Made by a program: the position numbers and the translations under genes. 20,000 bases of DNA from an uncultured virus (IMG/VR IMGVR_UViG_3300039136_000054) (taxonomy: Duplodnaviria; Heunggongvirae; Uroviricota; Caudoviricetes). Where the stretch lies: the IMG/VR virus record IMGVR_UViG_3300039136_000054; one strand, 5' to 3'. Shown here one piece after another: positions 6,793-13,862 of this stretch (within the stretch, counting starts at the first letter, position 1; every line of letters begins with the position of its first letter). The notes under the pieces were generated by a model. The model saw only the letters and a program-made list of their open reading frames with translations, did no database searches and was not told the origin of the DNA.

Positions 6793-6826
6793 TATTTATT
6801 ATAGCGTAGGGTCGGTTTTCCGTCAA
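6793..6826 (-). promoter_or_regulatory. psbA promoter: sigma70 type with an overlapping T4-like late element
   Basis: TTGACG (6821-6826), 17 nt, TATAAT (6798-6803); ATAAATA at 6793-6799. Confidence 0.8.
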
Positions 6827-6853
6827 GCCTTTAAAGTAGAGTATTAATACTCA

Positions 6854-6979
6854 TTAGATAGGGTTGGTGGCGGGGATCATCATGCCCCCACCGTGGTCAT
6901 CGTCATCGTCGATGCTACCACCCGTCAGGACAGCAGCAAAGATGAACCCTGCAAACATCGACAGTGCGAGGACTAACAT
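6854..6979 (-). CDS. 41-aa membrane microprotein with a DDDDDHGGGMMIP tail
   Basis: Hand translation MLVLALSMFAGFIFAAVLTGGSIDDDDDHGGGMMIPATNPI; TGATG coupling to hli. Confidence 0.75.
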   Translation of the reverse strand: MLVLALSMFAGFIFAAVLTGGSIDDDDDHGGGMMIPATNPI

Positions 6980-7098
6980 CACCATACTCCTGGGATGATC
7001 TGTCCAGTGGTCAGGTAAGAACCTACTGCTGCAACGAAACCAACCATTGCTGCACGAGCGTTCAGAATTTCTGCTTCAGGTGTGAATCCAAATTTCAT
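6979..7098 (-). CDS. hli: High-light-inducible protein, short form (39 aa)
   Basis: Hand translation MKFGFTPEAEILNARAAMVGFVAAVGSYLTTGQIIPGVW; ExxNxRxAM and TGQIIPG motifs. Confidence 0.93.
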   Translation of the reverse strand: MKFGFTPEAEILNARAAMVGFVAAVGSYLTTGQIIPGVW

Positions 7099-7244
7099 TT
7101 TTTGTTCTCCAAAGTTTTGTTTGTGATAATAATCTTCTCTCCATCATGAGAGAATTGTAGTTCGTCGTCTGGATGCCACAGAAGTTCTTCGTATAAATCG
7201 TCGAGCTTCTGAATGTCTTCCCAGAGTGCATTCGGATTAGGCAT
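7095..7244 (-). CDS. Hypothetical protein (49 aa, MPNPNALWEDIQKLDDLYEELLWHPDDELQF...)
   Basis: Hand translation; overlaps both neighbours (ATGA with hli). Confidence 0.75.
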   Translation of the reverse strand: MPNPNALWEDIQKLDDLYEELLWHPDDELQFSHDGEKIIITNKTLENKK

Positions 7245-7527
7245 ATTGATTCAACAAGGATCTAATGTTTTGTGTGATCTCCATACCTCCTGTTTTCTTT
7301 TCAAGCAACGTACCATTAGGTGATGCAATAACGAGAACAGGCGTAGCAGTTACACCATATAATTTAGCAATGTCGAGATTCTCTTGTGGAATTGGTTCAT
7401 CACTAAAGTCTTCTAACTGAACCTCTTCAATTAGATCAAGGCGATCATCTTTGATAGCATTCAAGTATCGCTTTACCAACCCACAAGGACCACACGAATC
7501 CTTGGTGAACATATAAAACTGGTTCAT
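7237..7527 (-). CDS. Thioredoxin/glutaredoxin-like protein
   Basis: CGPC active site, YGVTATPVLVI motif. Confidence 0.85.
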   Translation of the reverse strand: MNQFYMFTKDSCGPCGLVKRYLNAIKDDRLDLIEEVQLEDFSDEPIPQENLDIAKLYGVTATPVLVIASPNGTLLEKKTGGMEITQNIRSLLNQYA

Positions 7528-7532
7528 GTATA

Positions 7533-7736
7533 TCAGAAGATACCAAAGAATAGTTTACCAGTAATCGCGTAAGAAATCAAGCCCGAAACGATTCCTCCCA
7601 TTGCCCAACGTCCATTGTACATCTCCTTATATTGCATAGGAGAGAACAGACCCTTGCGATTGTAGTCTTCGACTACCATCTGGGGTTCTCTAGCAAAGAG
7701 ATTGTTTTGTCCGTATTCGTTTGTTGTTACGGTCAT
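7533..7736 (-). CDS. hli: High-light-inducible protein, long form
   Basis: MTVTTNEYGQNNLFAREP N-terminus, EMYNGRWAM motif, TM helix, ends FFGIF. Confidence 0.9.
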   Translation of the reverse strand: MTVTTNEYGQNNLFAREPQMVVEDYNRKGLFSPMQYKEMYNGRWAMGGIVSGLISYAITGKLFFGIF

Positions 7737-7762
7737 TGTACTTATGTAAAGAACTGTTACAT

Positions 7763-7791
7763 AGTATATAGCAAAAAAAGAGGGGCGTCAA
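7763..7791 (-). promoter_or_regulatory. Sigma70 promoter for the hli operon, -35 inside the terminator hairpin
   Basis: TTGACG (7786-7791), 17 nt, TATACT (7763-7768). Confidence 0.75.
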
Positions 7792-7800
7792 GCCCCTCTC
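7773..7800 (-). terminator. Rho-independent terminator
   Basis: GAGGGGC-TTGAC-GCCCCTC-T7. Confidence 0.88.
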
Positions 7801-7806
7801 TGATAA

Positions 7807-8163
7807 TTATTTCTGATCGATGACATTTTGTTTTCTTGCTTGACGGGACAACCAGAAGGCGATACCGATCAAAGCGAAGTAGAACAGGGTGTCATCTATC
7901 ATGACTAGGAAGAACACAACTGAACCACCAATCTTATACATGGGAGGGATGGGGATCAGTTCTACCAGACGACGCACCTGCTTTTCAAATACAAAGAAGT
8001 ATAGTAATGCAAGTGCAGTCATCACATACTCACTATAGGGTACAACGAAGTACAGTGAGATGATAATAAAGATTGGAAAGTAATGTCGTTCAGGGACCTT
8101 ACTCAAGGTCGTAACACTTGCTCTCCAAAAATTCTTGATTAGTTTTGAGAAACGCTGTGACAT
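7807..8163 (-). CDS. Hypothetical multi-pass membrane protein (start uncertain)
   Basis: ORF track; several hydrophobic helices. Confidence 0.7.
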   Translation of the reverse strand: MSQRFSKLIKNFWRASVTTLSKVPERHYFPIFIIISLYFVVPYSEYVMTALALLYFFVFEKQVRRLVELIPIPPMYKIGGSVVFFLVMIDDTLFYFALIGIAFWLSRQARKQNVIDQK

Positions 8164-8281
8164 AACTATCTACATCTTGTTCCATAGTATGGTGTGCATG
8201 TGTATGCAGTGACTGTATGACTCCCAAAGATCCACAGATCAGTAGGTTCATCACCGTGAGGGGGTGGAGAAGGTAGCGCAT
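8099..8281 (-). CDS. Hypothetical protein with N-terminal hydrophobic segment and HTHAHH motif
   Basis: ORF track, 60 aa. Confidence 0.65.
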   Translation of the reverse strand: MRYLLHPLTVMNLLICGSLGVIQSLHTHAHHTMEQDVDSYVTAFLKTNQEFLESKCYDLE

Positions 8282-8282
8282 T

Positions 8283-8304
8283 AAAAAAGGGGTCCGAAGA
8301 CCCC
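8283..8304 (-). terminator. Rho-independent terminator, identical to 4490-4511
   Basis: GGGGTC-TTCG-GACCCC-T6. Confidence 0.9.
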
Positions 8305-8324
8305 TGTATTATAGCAGGTTTGGA

Positions 8325-8699
8325 TCAGAAGGACCAGGTAGCACCCAGTTTTGTTCCGTAACCACGATCAATGTCATCGTCGCCAGATCCCACGAAGGAG
8401 ACCTCACCATATACGGAGAGAGACTCGGTGGCGGCGATGGATGCACCAGCCTTACCAGAAGGAACGGTGTCAGCAGCAGCGCCATCAGGATTGACGTAGC
8501 TAGCTCCACCTTGGACGTACCAGTCAACCAGACCAGTGGATCCAGAGTAGCCTACGTGAGCGTCTGTCGTGGTTCCAGTGTAGTCCGAGCCAGTGAAACC
8601 AGAGTTTGCCTCTACGTTAACGTAGGGTCCTGCCAGGGCAGCACCAGGAGCAGCGAAAGCGACGGCTGCAGCGGCAGCAGCGAAAGCAGTTTTGATCAT
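8325..8699 (-). CDS. Secreted small outer-membrane beta-barrel-like protein
   Basis: Ala-rich signal peptide (ALA|GPYVNVE), amphipathic beta strands, C-terminal GATWSF. Confidence 0.75.
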   Translation of the reverse strand: MIKTAFAAAAAAVAFAAPGAALAGPYVNVEANSGFTGSDYTGTTTDAHVGYSGSTGLVDWYVQGGASYVNPDGAAADTVPSGKAGASIAATESLSVYGEVSFVGSGDDDIDRGYGTKLGATWSF

Positions 8700-8730
8700 G
8701 TTTGTTTTCCTAAATTTGTTGGACAGTAGG

Positions 8731-8760
8731 TATATAGCACAGAAAAGTTACAAAAGTCAA
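8731..8760 (-). promoter_or_regulatory. Putative sigma70 promoter
   Basis: TTGACT (8755-8760), 18 nt, TG-c-TATATA (8731-8736). Confidence 0.45.
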
Positions 8761-8788
8761 CACCCTTGTGACACTTTTTCTGCACTAA

Positions 8789-8860
8789 AGCGGATGATCG
8801 GAATCGAACCGACGACATCTAACTTGGAAGGATAGCGTTCTACCGCTGAACTACATCCGC
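8789..8860 (-). tRNA. tRNA-Gly(TCC), CCA not encoded
   Basis: GCGGATG/CATCCGC acceptor stem, CTTCCAA anticodon loop, GGTTCGATTCC T arm. Confidence 0.93.
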
Positions 8861-8864
8861 AGGG

Positions 8865-9056
8865 TGGGAGAGCGTTACTTCTCCCTAGGCTCGCCACTTG
8901 TTCTTTCACTGGAAACAAGAAACCAGGCGGCAACAATCACCCGCACCACTTGCTTTTGAGGAGAAGCAAGAAACCCGAGGGGTCTGGGACCCATCCCGAC
9001 CAGGGCGCTTTTAGCGTCGTCCCGAGACGTGGGTCATAATGACTCCACCAGGGTAG
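8865..9056 (-). ncRNA. Structured ncRNA, manA-like (wcaG-like submodules)
   Basis: About 200 nt of non-coding DNA abutting tRNA-Gly; two pseudoknot modules each ending in UGGYG; terminal GGGAGA/UCUCCC hairpin. Confidence 0.65.
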
Positions 9057-9065
9057 GTTTAGAGT

Positions 9066-9482
9066 CTATCCAAGACTAATGGTGTCGTTACCATCTTCAT
9101 CATCCTTGACTTGATAAGGATCATTGAAGGTGATGGTATCCGTACCTTCTGCACCAGAGATGACGGTATCACCACCAAAGTCTAGCACATCCTCACCGAT
9201 ACCACCGAAGGGAATGTTAACAGGACCAGCAGCTGCTGCACCAAAGGTTTCTACATTAGTAGCATTCAGATAGTCGGACTGCAACTGGAAGTTGTAACTA
9301 GACTCATCGTAGGATGGGTACTCACTGGGAAAGTTAATAACCATACCAGTTTCCATGGGTTCCATGGTACGCAGTTTGTCATAGATCTCAAAGAGATCGC
9401 GAACAGAGTCACCACTCTTGTTCTGCAGTGCTTCCAGCAGTTCCTGGCGCACTAGTTCTTTTGCTTCAGCGAGACGAGACAT
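9066..9482 (-). CDS. Hypothetical acidic protein (138 aa, MSRLAEAKE...)
   Basis: ORF track 9066..9551; ATG 9482 overlaps the end of the upstream gene. Confidence 0.7.
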   Translation of the reverse strand: MSRLAEAKELVRQELLEALQNKSGDSVRDLFEIYDKLRTMEPMETGMVINFPSEYPSYDESSYNFQLQSDYLNATNVETFGAAAAGPVNIPFGGIGEDVLDFGGDTVISGAEGTDTITFNDPYQVKDDEDGNDTISLG

Positions 9483-9705
9483 TATCTTTGATGTAACAAG
9501 GGACAGTTTCGGGATCCAACCACTTCGTATACTCGAAGTCCTCCATGGCAATAGTCATCTGCATGGCATTGTCACAGAGGTACATGTCAGAGTACCGCTT
9601 GGTGTACTCGTGTGCTTTTTGAATACGAAAGTCAGGCATCCCGTTGGTTTCCAGTGTACCACACTCGACGTAGCGGTAGGGGAAACGCTCAAGAAGGATT
9701 TTCAT
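9466..9705 (-). CDS. Conserved cyanophage hypothetical protein (MKILLERFPYRYVE...)
   Basis: ORF track; TAATG coupling. Confidence 0.8.
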   Translation of the reverse strand: MKILLERFPYRYVECGTLETNGMPDFRIQKAHEYTKRYSDMYLCDNAMQMTIAMEDFEYTKWLDPETVPCYIKDNVSSR

Positions 9706-9929
9706 TAGTAGGAGGGATCTCCAGGAACGTCATCATCATAGGGCAAGTCAGGCATAATGTCAAGCAGTGGTTCGATCTCTTCTGTGATCGGTGCTGCGAT
9801 GACTGCACTGCCATCAGGGCGACGTACTAGGAAGTGCTCGCCCTGATTCTCAATCAGATCCATGTAGTTATCGAAGTTAGCTTGGAACTCTTCTTCGGTA
9901 ACCTCACGCATTTCTTCTACTTGTTTCAT
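9705..9929 (-). CDS. Phd/YefM antitoxin-like small protein (74 aa)
   Basis: ATG 9929 in ATGA overlap; VTEEEFQANFDNYMDLIE...HFLVRRPDGSAVIAAP resembles the Phd N-domain; acidic tail. Confidence 0.6.
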   Translation of the reverse strand: MKQVEEMREVTEEEFQANFDNYMDLIENQGEHFLVRRPDGSAVIAAPITEEIEPLLDIMPDLPYDDDVPGDPSY

Positions 9930-10171
9930 ACGTTGCAACAAATATTTTGTTCTTGAAGATACTTGATAGTTTCTGTACATCCACCTAGGTGCTTCTTGTC
10001 CATAAGAACTTGTGGGAAAGTTGTTCCCTCCCCAAACAAACTATAGAAATCAGCACCAGTGAAGTCTCTACCTAAACGATACTCTACAAACTTGAACTCA
10101 TTCAATTCAAAAAGCAATCTGATCTGCTCACAATAGCGGCAACCGTGCTTTGAATAGATGGTGAAGGTCAT
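9926..10171 (-). CDS. Glutaredoxin
   Basis: CRYC, TTFPQV, LGGCTET motifs. Confidence 0.92.
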   Translation of the reverse strand: MTFTIYSKHGCRYCEQIRLLFELNEFKFVEYRLGRDFTGADFYSLFGEGTTFPQVLMDKKHLGGCTETIKYLQEQNICCNV

Positions 10172-10818
10172 TTAGAAAGTTGGGCGAAATCCTGTTCAAA
10201 AATATTTAGACCAGCGTCGGTCAGAACGTGGTTGTACATTTTATCAAACACTGACACAGGTAGAGTGACTACGTGAGCACCGTACAAGAGACAGCGAGCA
10301 ACGTGATGAACATCACGAAGAGAAGCAGCGAGAATCTGGGTCTTCTGTGCCTGTGTGCAGTAAAGACCAGAGATAGCACGAACCAGTTCGACGCCACTGC
10401 AACTATTATCGTTCATCCGACCCACAAATGGGGAGATGTATGTGGCACCTGACAAAGCGGTCACCGCTGCTTGAGCAGCAGAGAAGCACAGGGTCACATT
10501 AGTCTTGACGCCACGACCAGAGAGTTCCTTGCAGGCAATCAGACCCTCTTTGTGGAGGGGAAGTTTGATAGTCACTGCTTCACCCAGACCGATGTAGTTC
10601 TCGGCATCCTCTAGGAGTTCTTCTGCTGTATGTCCATTGACTTCTGCTGATACAGATTCAAACCCAAAGGACTCATCACACAACTGTGCAATAAGATCTC
10701 GGTAGGGCACACCTTGCTTACGAACAAGTGTAGGATTAGTTGTTACGCCTGCGATGATACCAGTACGAGATCTCTCAAGAATGGCACCGAAGTCTGCTGT
10801 GTCTAGAAAAATTTTCAT
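10168..10818 (-). CDS. talC: Transaldolase (TalC/FSA family)
   Basis: MKIFLDTA start at 10818, GVTTNPTL, TIKLP, NVTLCFS, YISPFVGR, ILAASLR. Confidence 0.97.
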   Translation of the reverse strand: MKIFLDTADFGAILERSRTGIIAGVTTNPTLVRKQGVPYRDLIAQLCDESFGFESVSAEVNGHTAEELLEDAENYIGLGEAVTIKLPLHKEGLIACKELSGRGVKTNVTLCFSAAQAAVTALSGATYISPFVGRMNDNSCSGVELVRAISGLYCTQAQKTQILAASLRDVHHVARCLLYGAHVVTLPVSVFDKMYNHVLTDAGLNIFEQDFAQLSK

Positions 10819-10846
10819 TGTAATATTGTTGGTATAGATGTACCAA

Positions 10847-10920
10847 TCGGGGTGATAGGATTTGAACCTACGACCTCCCGCTCCCAAAGCGGGCGCTCTA
10901 CCAAGCTAAGCTACACCCCG
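10847..10920 (-). tRNA. tRNA-Pro(TGG)
   Basis: CGGGGTG/CACCCCG acceptor stem, CCCGC-TTTGGGA-GCGGG anticodon arm. Confidence 0.95.
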
Positions 10921-10929
10921 TTAAAGGAG

Positions 10930-11181
10930 TCAACGCTCCTCAAAGTCAATTCGTCGGACCTTGCGTTGTCGCCTCTCCTCCTGAAAAACCAAGTCTTGTG
11001 GTGATAGATTCGGAGTAGACTTGTGCTTCTGGGGACTCGTTAGAATCTCTACCAGAGACAGATCCTTCCCTGATATGTTGGTCCCACGGATGCTCGTAAG
11101 GTTCGGGCACCCGCAGCACCTGGTCTTGGAGGGATGACTCTCTAATACTTTCCCGCAATTCTTGCATCTGATACTTAACAT
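10930..11181 (-). CDS. Small zinc-ribbon protein (CxxC...CCGC)
   Basis: IRCKNCGKVLES...CCGCPN. Confidence 0.75.
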   Translation of the reverse strand: MLSIRCKNCGKVLESHPSKTRCCGCPNLTSIRGTNISGKDLSLVEILTSPQKHKSTPNLSPQDLVFQEERRQRKVRRIDFEER

Positions 11182-11278
11182 TGTCTAGCGCCACTCTAAT
11201 TAGTGCTAACTCTTCGTGTATATCCTGATGGTGAAAGCGCAATGGTTTCTGCAAAAGTCTTTTAAGTTTCTTTTTCAT
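10946..11278 (-). CDS. Hypothetical coiled-coil protein overlapping the zinc-ribbon gene in another frame
   Basis: 110-aa ORF starting right after tRNA-Val; basic helical N-terminus. Confidence 0.5.
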   Translation of the reverse strand: MKKKLKRLLQKPLRFHHQDIHEELALIRVALDNVKYQMQELRESIRESSLQDQVLRVPEPYEHPWDQHIREGSVSGRDSNESPEAQVYSESITTRLGFSGGEATTQGPTN

Positions 11279-11291
11279 GAGGATTTAACAC

Positions 11292-11365
<74 letters not shown>

Positions 11366-11369
11366 GAGG

Positions 11370-11443
11370 CGTCTTGGGCAGGACTCGAACCTGCGACCGA
11401 CTGTTTAGAAGACAGTTGCTCTATCCAGCTGAGCTACCAAGAC
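11370..11443 (-). tRNA. tRNA-Arg(TCT)
   Basis: ACTGT-CTTCTAA-ACAGT anticodon arm, GGTTCGAGTCC T arm. Confidence 0.95.
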
Positions 11444-11452
11444 ATGAAAGAC

Positions 11453-11481
11453 ACTATAGCATAGTGTCGGAGGTTTGTCAA
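11453..11481 (-). promoter_or_regulatory. Sigma70 promoter for the tRNA cluster
   Basis: TTGACA (11476-11481), 17 nt, TG-c-TATAGT (11453-11458). Confidence 0.8.
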
Positions 11482-11783
11482 CCAGTGACTCTTTGGAATC
11501 CTGTACCAGACATCCAACCACCAGGACCAGATTGAATCTGTTCTGATCCACCACCAAGTTGTGGCATGGGGTCTAGTTGAGTAGTAGTTTTACCACCACC
11601 AGTGGCAATCTGATACATTCTTTCGTGAATGTCAGAAGGAACACCAGTGGTTTCTTCTGCTAGCAGCAGTTCTTCTGCTACACAGAGATCGTGTTTTGCT
11701 TTTAGAATCTCCTGCTTCTCACTGTAGTAGGCAGGTCCGAACCAGGGATCGTCTTCTAGGTAAGAGGGAGCGGGATACGTCAT
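11478..11783 (-). CDS. Hypothetical protein (MTYPAPSYLEDDPWFGPA...)
   Basis: ORF track, 101 aa. Confidence 0.75.
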   Translation of the reverse strand: MTYPAPSYLEDDPWFGPAYYSEKQEILKAKHDLCVAEELLLAEETTGVPSDIHERMYQIATGGGKTTTQLDPMPQLGGGSEQIQSGPGGWMSGTGFQRVTG

Positions 11784-11819
11784 GTGTGAAGCGATAACGA
11801 AGTCATGTTACCAGATTAT

Positions 11820-12053
11820 TTATGCAGCGTCAAGGGTCTTTGGTGCGTAATATGCCTTGTAGTATGCCACAATACCATCTGACCTCACGTTACCTTGTGA
11901 CACCCAATCATGACAGCACTCCATGATACCTTTCTGACTATGAACAGGGGATCCATCTGGGTTGAGCTCGGATCCAAATTTCTTGAGCAGGATAGCATAG
12001 ACCCTAGCACGGGCATCCATACGGTCATCACTGTAGCGCCAGTCTTCAGACAT
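11820..12053 (-). CDS. Hypothetical protein (77 aa, MSEDWRYSDDRM...)
   Basis: Start moved to ATG 12053, downstream of the promoter at 12076-12104. Confidence 0.75.
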   Translation of the reverse strand: MSEDWRYSDDRMDARARVYAILLKKFGSELNPDGSPVHSQKGIMECCHDWVSQGNVRSDGIVAYYKAYYAPKTLDAA

Positions 12054-12075
12054 AGTTGAGTAGCAACTGGTCATA

Positions 12076-12104
12076 ATTGTATCACAACAGACATGAGCTG
12101 TCAA
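12076..12104 (-). promoter_or_regulatory. Sigma70 promoter
   Basis: TTGACA (12099-12104), 17 nt, TG-a-TACAAT (12076-12081). Confidence 0.75.
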
Positions 12105-12105
12105 G

Positions 12106-12112
12106 CTAAATA
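12106..12112 (+). promoter_or_regulatory. T4-like late promoter
   Basis: CTAAATA 24 nt upstream of ATG 12137. Confidence 0.6.
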
Positions 12113-12136
12113 GTTGAGTGGTAAAATTTAGATCAA

Positions 12137-12631
12137 ATGAAAAAAGCAATTGCAGCTTTTGGAATGCTTCTGATGACATCACCTGCTATGGCTGGTGGAC
12201 TTGTTACTAAACACTCTTCTAGTGTTCAACTTAACGTAGACGCAGCGCGTTCTACTGCCACGAGAATCGGTTCGAGCTTCAGTATCTCTGGCTCAAATAT
12301 TGATACTACGGACGGTTCGACTGCAAACACAGTTTCTGCTGGTACTATCACCTCTGGTGTATATTCTCCAGGAACTATTGCAGCAACACAAGACACCGCT
12401 GGGGCAGCATTTAGTTTCAGTCAATCTTATACACAAGGTGATGCACTTCCAACTAGTGCAGCTACTGTAGGTCAGATTCCTAACTTCGGTTCGGTTACTT
12501 CTTACACAGCTGGAACTGCTGGCGATCTTGCTGGTACTGTAACAAGTGCAGGTGTACTAACCGTAACTGCTGGTGGAGCTGGCACAAGTGCCGTGGGTCA
12601 ATTTGTCTCCGAGGTCACTGTAATTGATTGA
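12137..12631 (+). CDS. Secreted S/T/G/A-rich beta-strand protein
   Basis: Signal peptide MKKAIAAFGMLLMTSPAMA; 164 aa. Confidence 0.85.
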   Translation: MKKAIAAFGMLLMTSPAMAGGLVTKHSSSVQLNVDAARSTATRIGSSFSISGSNIDTTDGSTANTVSAGTITSGVYSPGTIAATQDTAGAAFSFSQSYTQGDALPTSAATVGQIPNFGSVTSYTAGTAGDLAGTVTSAGVLTVTAGGAGTSAVGQFVSEVTVID

Positions 12632-13089
12632 GGACGTTCGTAATGACGATTTCTGGATCGACCTATTGGAATATTGCGACGAGTGCGGTGGTAATCCTGC
12701 TTACAGGTGCCACCGCCCAGGCAGTCCCCGTTGTCCCAAACTTCACACAGGGCTCAATGACGAGCCACACAGAGACAACACAGACAATAACCGAGACGAT
12801 TAATAGCATGGATTATAGTACAGGATATCAATATTCTGCTACTGGATCTGGCGTAACTGCTAGTGGAAATCTTTCCCCTGGCACTTCTAGTAATTCTGTA
12901 TCAATTGAAGGAGTGAATTCAACATGGACTGGCGTGGGTTCAAAACCAACTTTCACACAAACAACACCAGGGGCAGCGTTCCAGTTTACGGAAACGTATT
13001 CAGGACCAGGACTCCAAAATCACACGATTATCCAAAGAACAACAGAGGTTACAAGCGTAACCGACACAACAAGTATTTTCTCCCAGTAA
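12628..13089 (+). CDS. Secreted Thr/Ser-rich protein (start uncertain)
   Basis: Hydrophobic segment ending AQA|VPVVPNF; GAAFQFTETY motif. Confidence 0.8.
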   Translation: MRTFVMTISGSTYWNIATSAVVILLTGATAQAVPVVPNFTQGSMTSHTETTQTITETINSMDYSTGYQYSATGSGVTASGNLSPGTSSNSVSIEGVNSTWTGVGSKPTFTQTTPGAAFQFTETYSGPGLQNHTIIQRTTEVTSVTDTTSIFSQ

Positions 13090-13862
13090 TCCTATGTCTA
13101 ACTCAACTTGCAAGTGTAATCCCTGCTCGTGCAGAAACTGTGGGCGGTGTGAGTGCAACAGCATCTCCAATCGCTAATAGCTCTGGCTCGGTAACTAATC
13201 AGGCAATTCAAGTATTACAAGGTCCTTACATTACCAACACTTATGGTGGTGGTATTCAATGTCAAGGACCCACCAGAAACTTTACTCCCTATGTAACAGG
13301 GACTGCATCAGCTTCCAAACCTTGGGAGCCATATTATGATGATCCTGTATATGATATCAGTGATAACAATGGTGCCTTCGATGACGAAGGGAACGCAATT
13401 GGGGACGGAATTATTGATAATCCTGGCCGCATTCTTTTCCACAAAAAAACTAGAACTGGACAGAAAGATAACTACAGTTTAGGTCTTGGTTTCTCTATGA
13501 CATGGAGTACACCAACAGATAAAAACCTACAGGATCTATGTAAGAAAGCAGCAGCAACACAGATCGAATTGAATCAACAACTCGCTGCTAATAAAAGATT
13601 AGATTTTGAGATCGCTAGGCTCAAAAATTGTGGACAGTTATTAAAGGAGGGAATTCGCTTCGCTCCTGGTACTAGGTACGCCAAAGTGTGTGAGGATGTG
13701 CAAGTATCTGGTGTGAACTTCATGGTTCCACACGTACACAAGATCCCTTCTACTTCTTCGTCTTCGCCTTCACAGCGCGAAGCTTTGCAATCGCTTGATT
13801 CCGATCCCGCTGCTCTTCTCGGCGCTCCTTTACAGACAAGATCTTCATTTGTTTCCCCCTGA
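12924..13862 (+). CDS. Secreted or membrane-anchored hypothetical protein
   Basis: 312-aa ORF; AAGGAG SD at 12908-12913; signal-like FLPVILCLTQLASVIPARA segment. Confidence 0.75.
   Translation: MDWRGFKTNFHTNNTRGSVPVYGNVFRTRTPKSHDYPKNNRGYKRNRHNKYFLPVILCLTQLASVIPARAETVGGVSATASPIANSSGSVTNQAIQVLQGPYITNTYGGGIQCQGPTRNFTPYVTGTASASKPWEPYYDDPVYDISDNNGAFDDEGNAIGDGIIDNPGRILFHKKTRTGQKDNYSLGLGFSMTWSTPTDKNLQDLCKKAAATQIELNQQLAANKRLDFEIARLKNCGQLLKEGIRFAPGTRYAKVCEDVQVSGVNFMVPHVHKIPSTSSSSPSQREALQSLDSDPAALLGAPLQTRSSFVSP

Noticed and set aside
8892..8976. CRISPR-like repeat array
   Set aside because: Only two imperfect copies, explained by pseudoknot modules of the ncRNA; no cas genes in the window.
10819..10887. 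N-terminal extension of talC
   Set aside because: It overlaps tRNA-Pro; the family start MKIFLDTA is at 10818.
11370..11443. Possible suppressor tRNA (CTA within the loop)
   Set aside because: The 5-bp stem ACTGT/ACAGT centres TCT in the 7-nt loop, so it is tRNA-Arg.
13094..13177. 27-aa metallothionein-like peptide MSNSTCKCNPCSCRNCGRCECNSISNR
   Set aside because: It lies in a shifted frame of an Ala/Val-rich segment where T+GC/GT yields TGY codons automatically; no SD.
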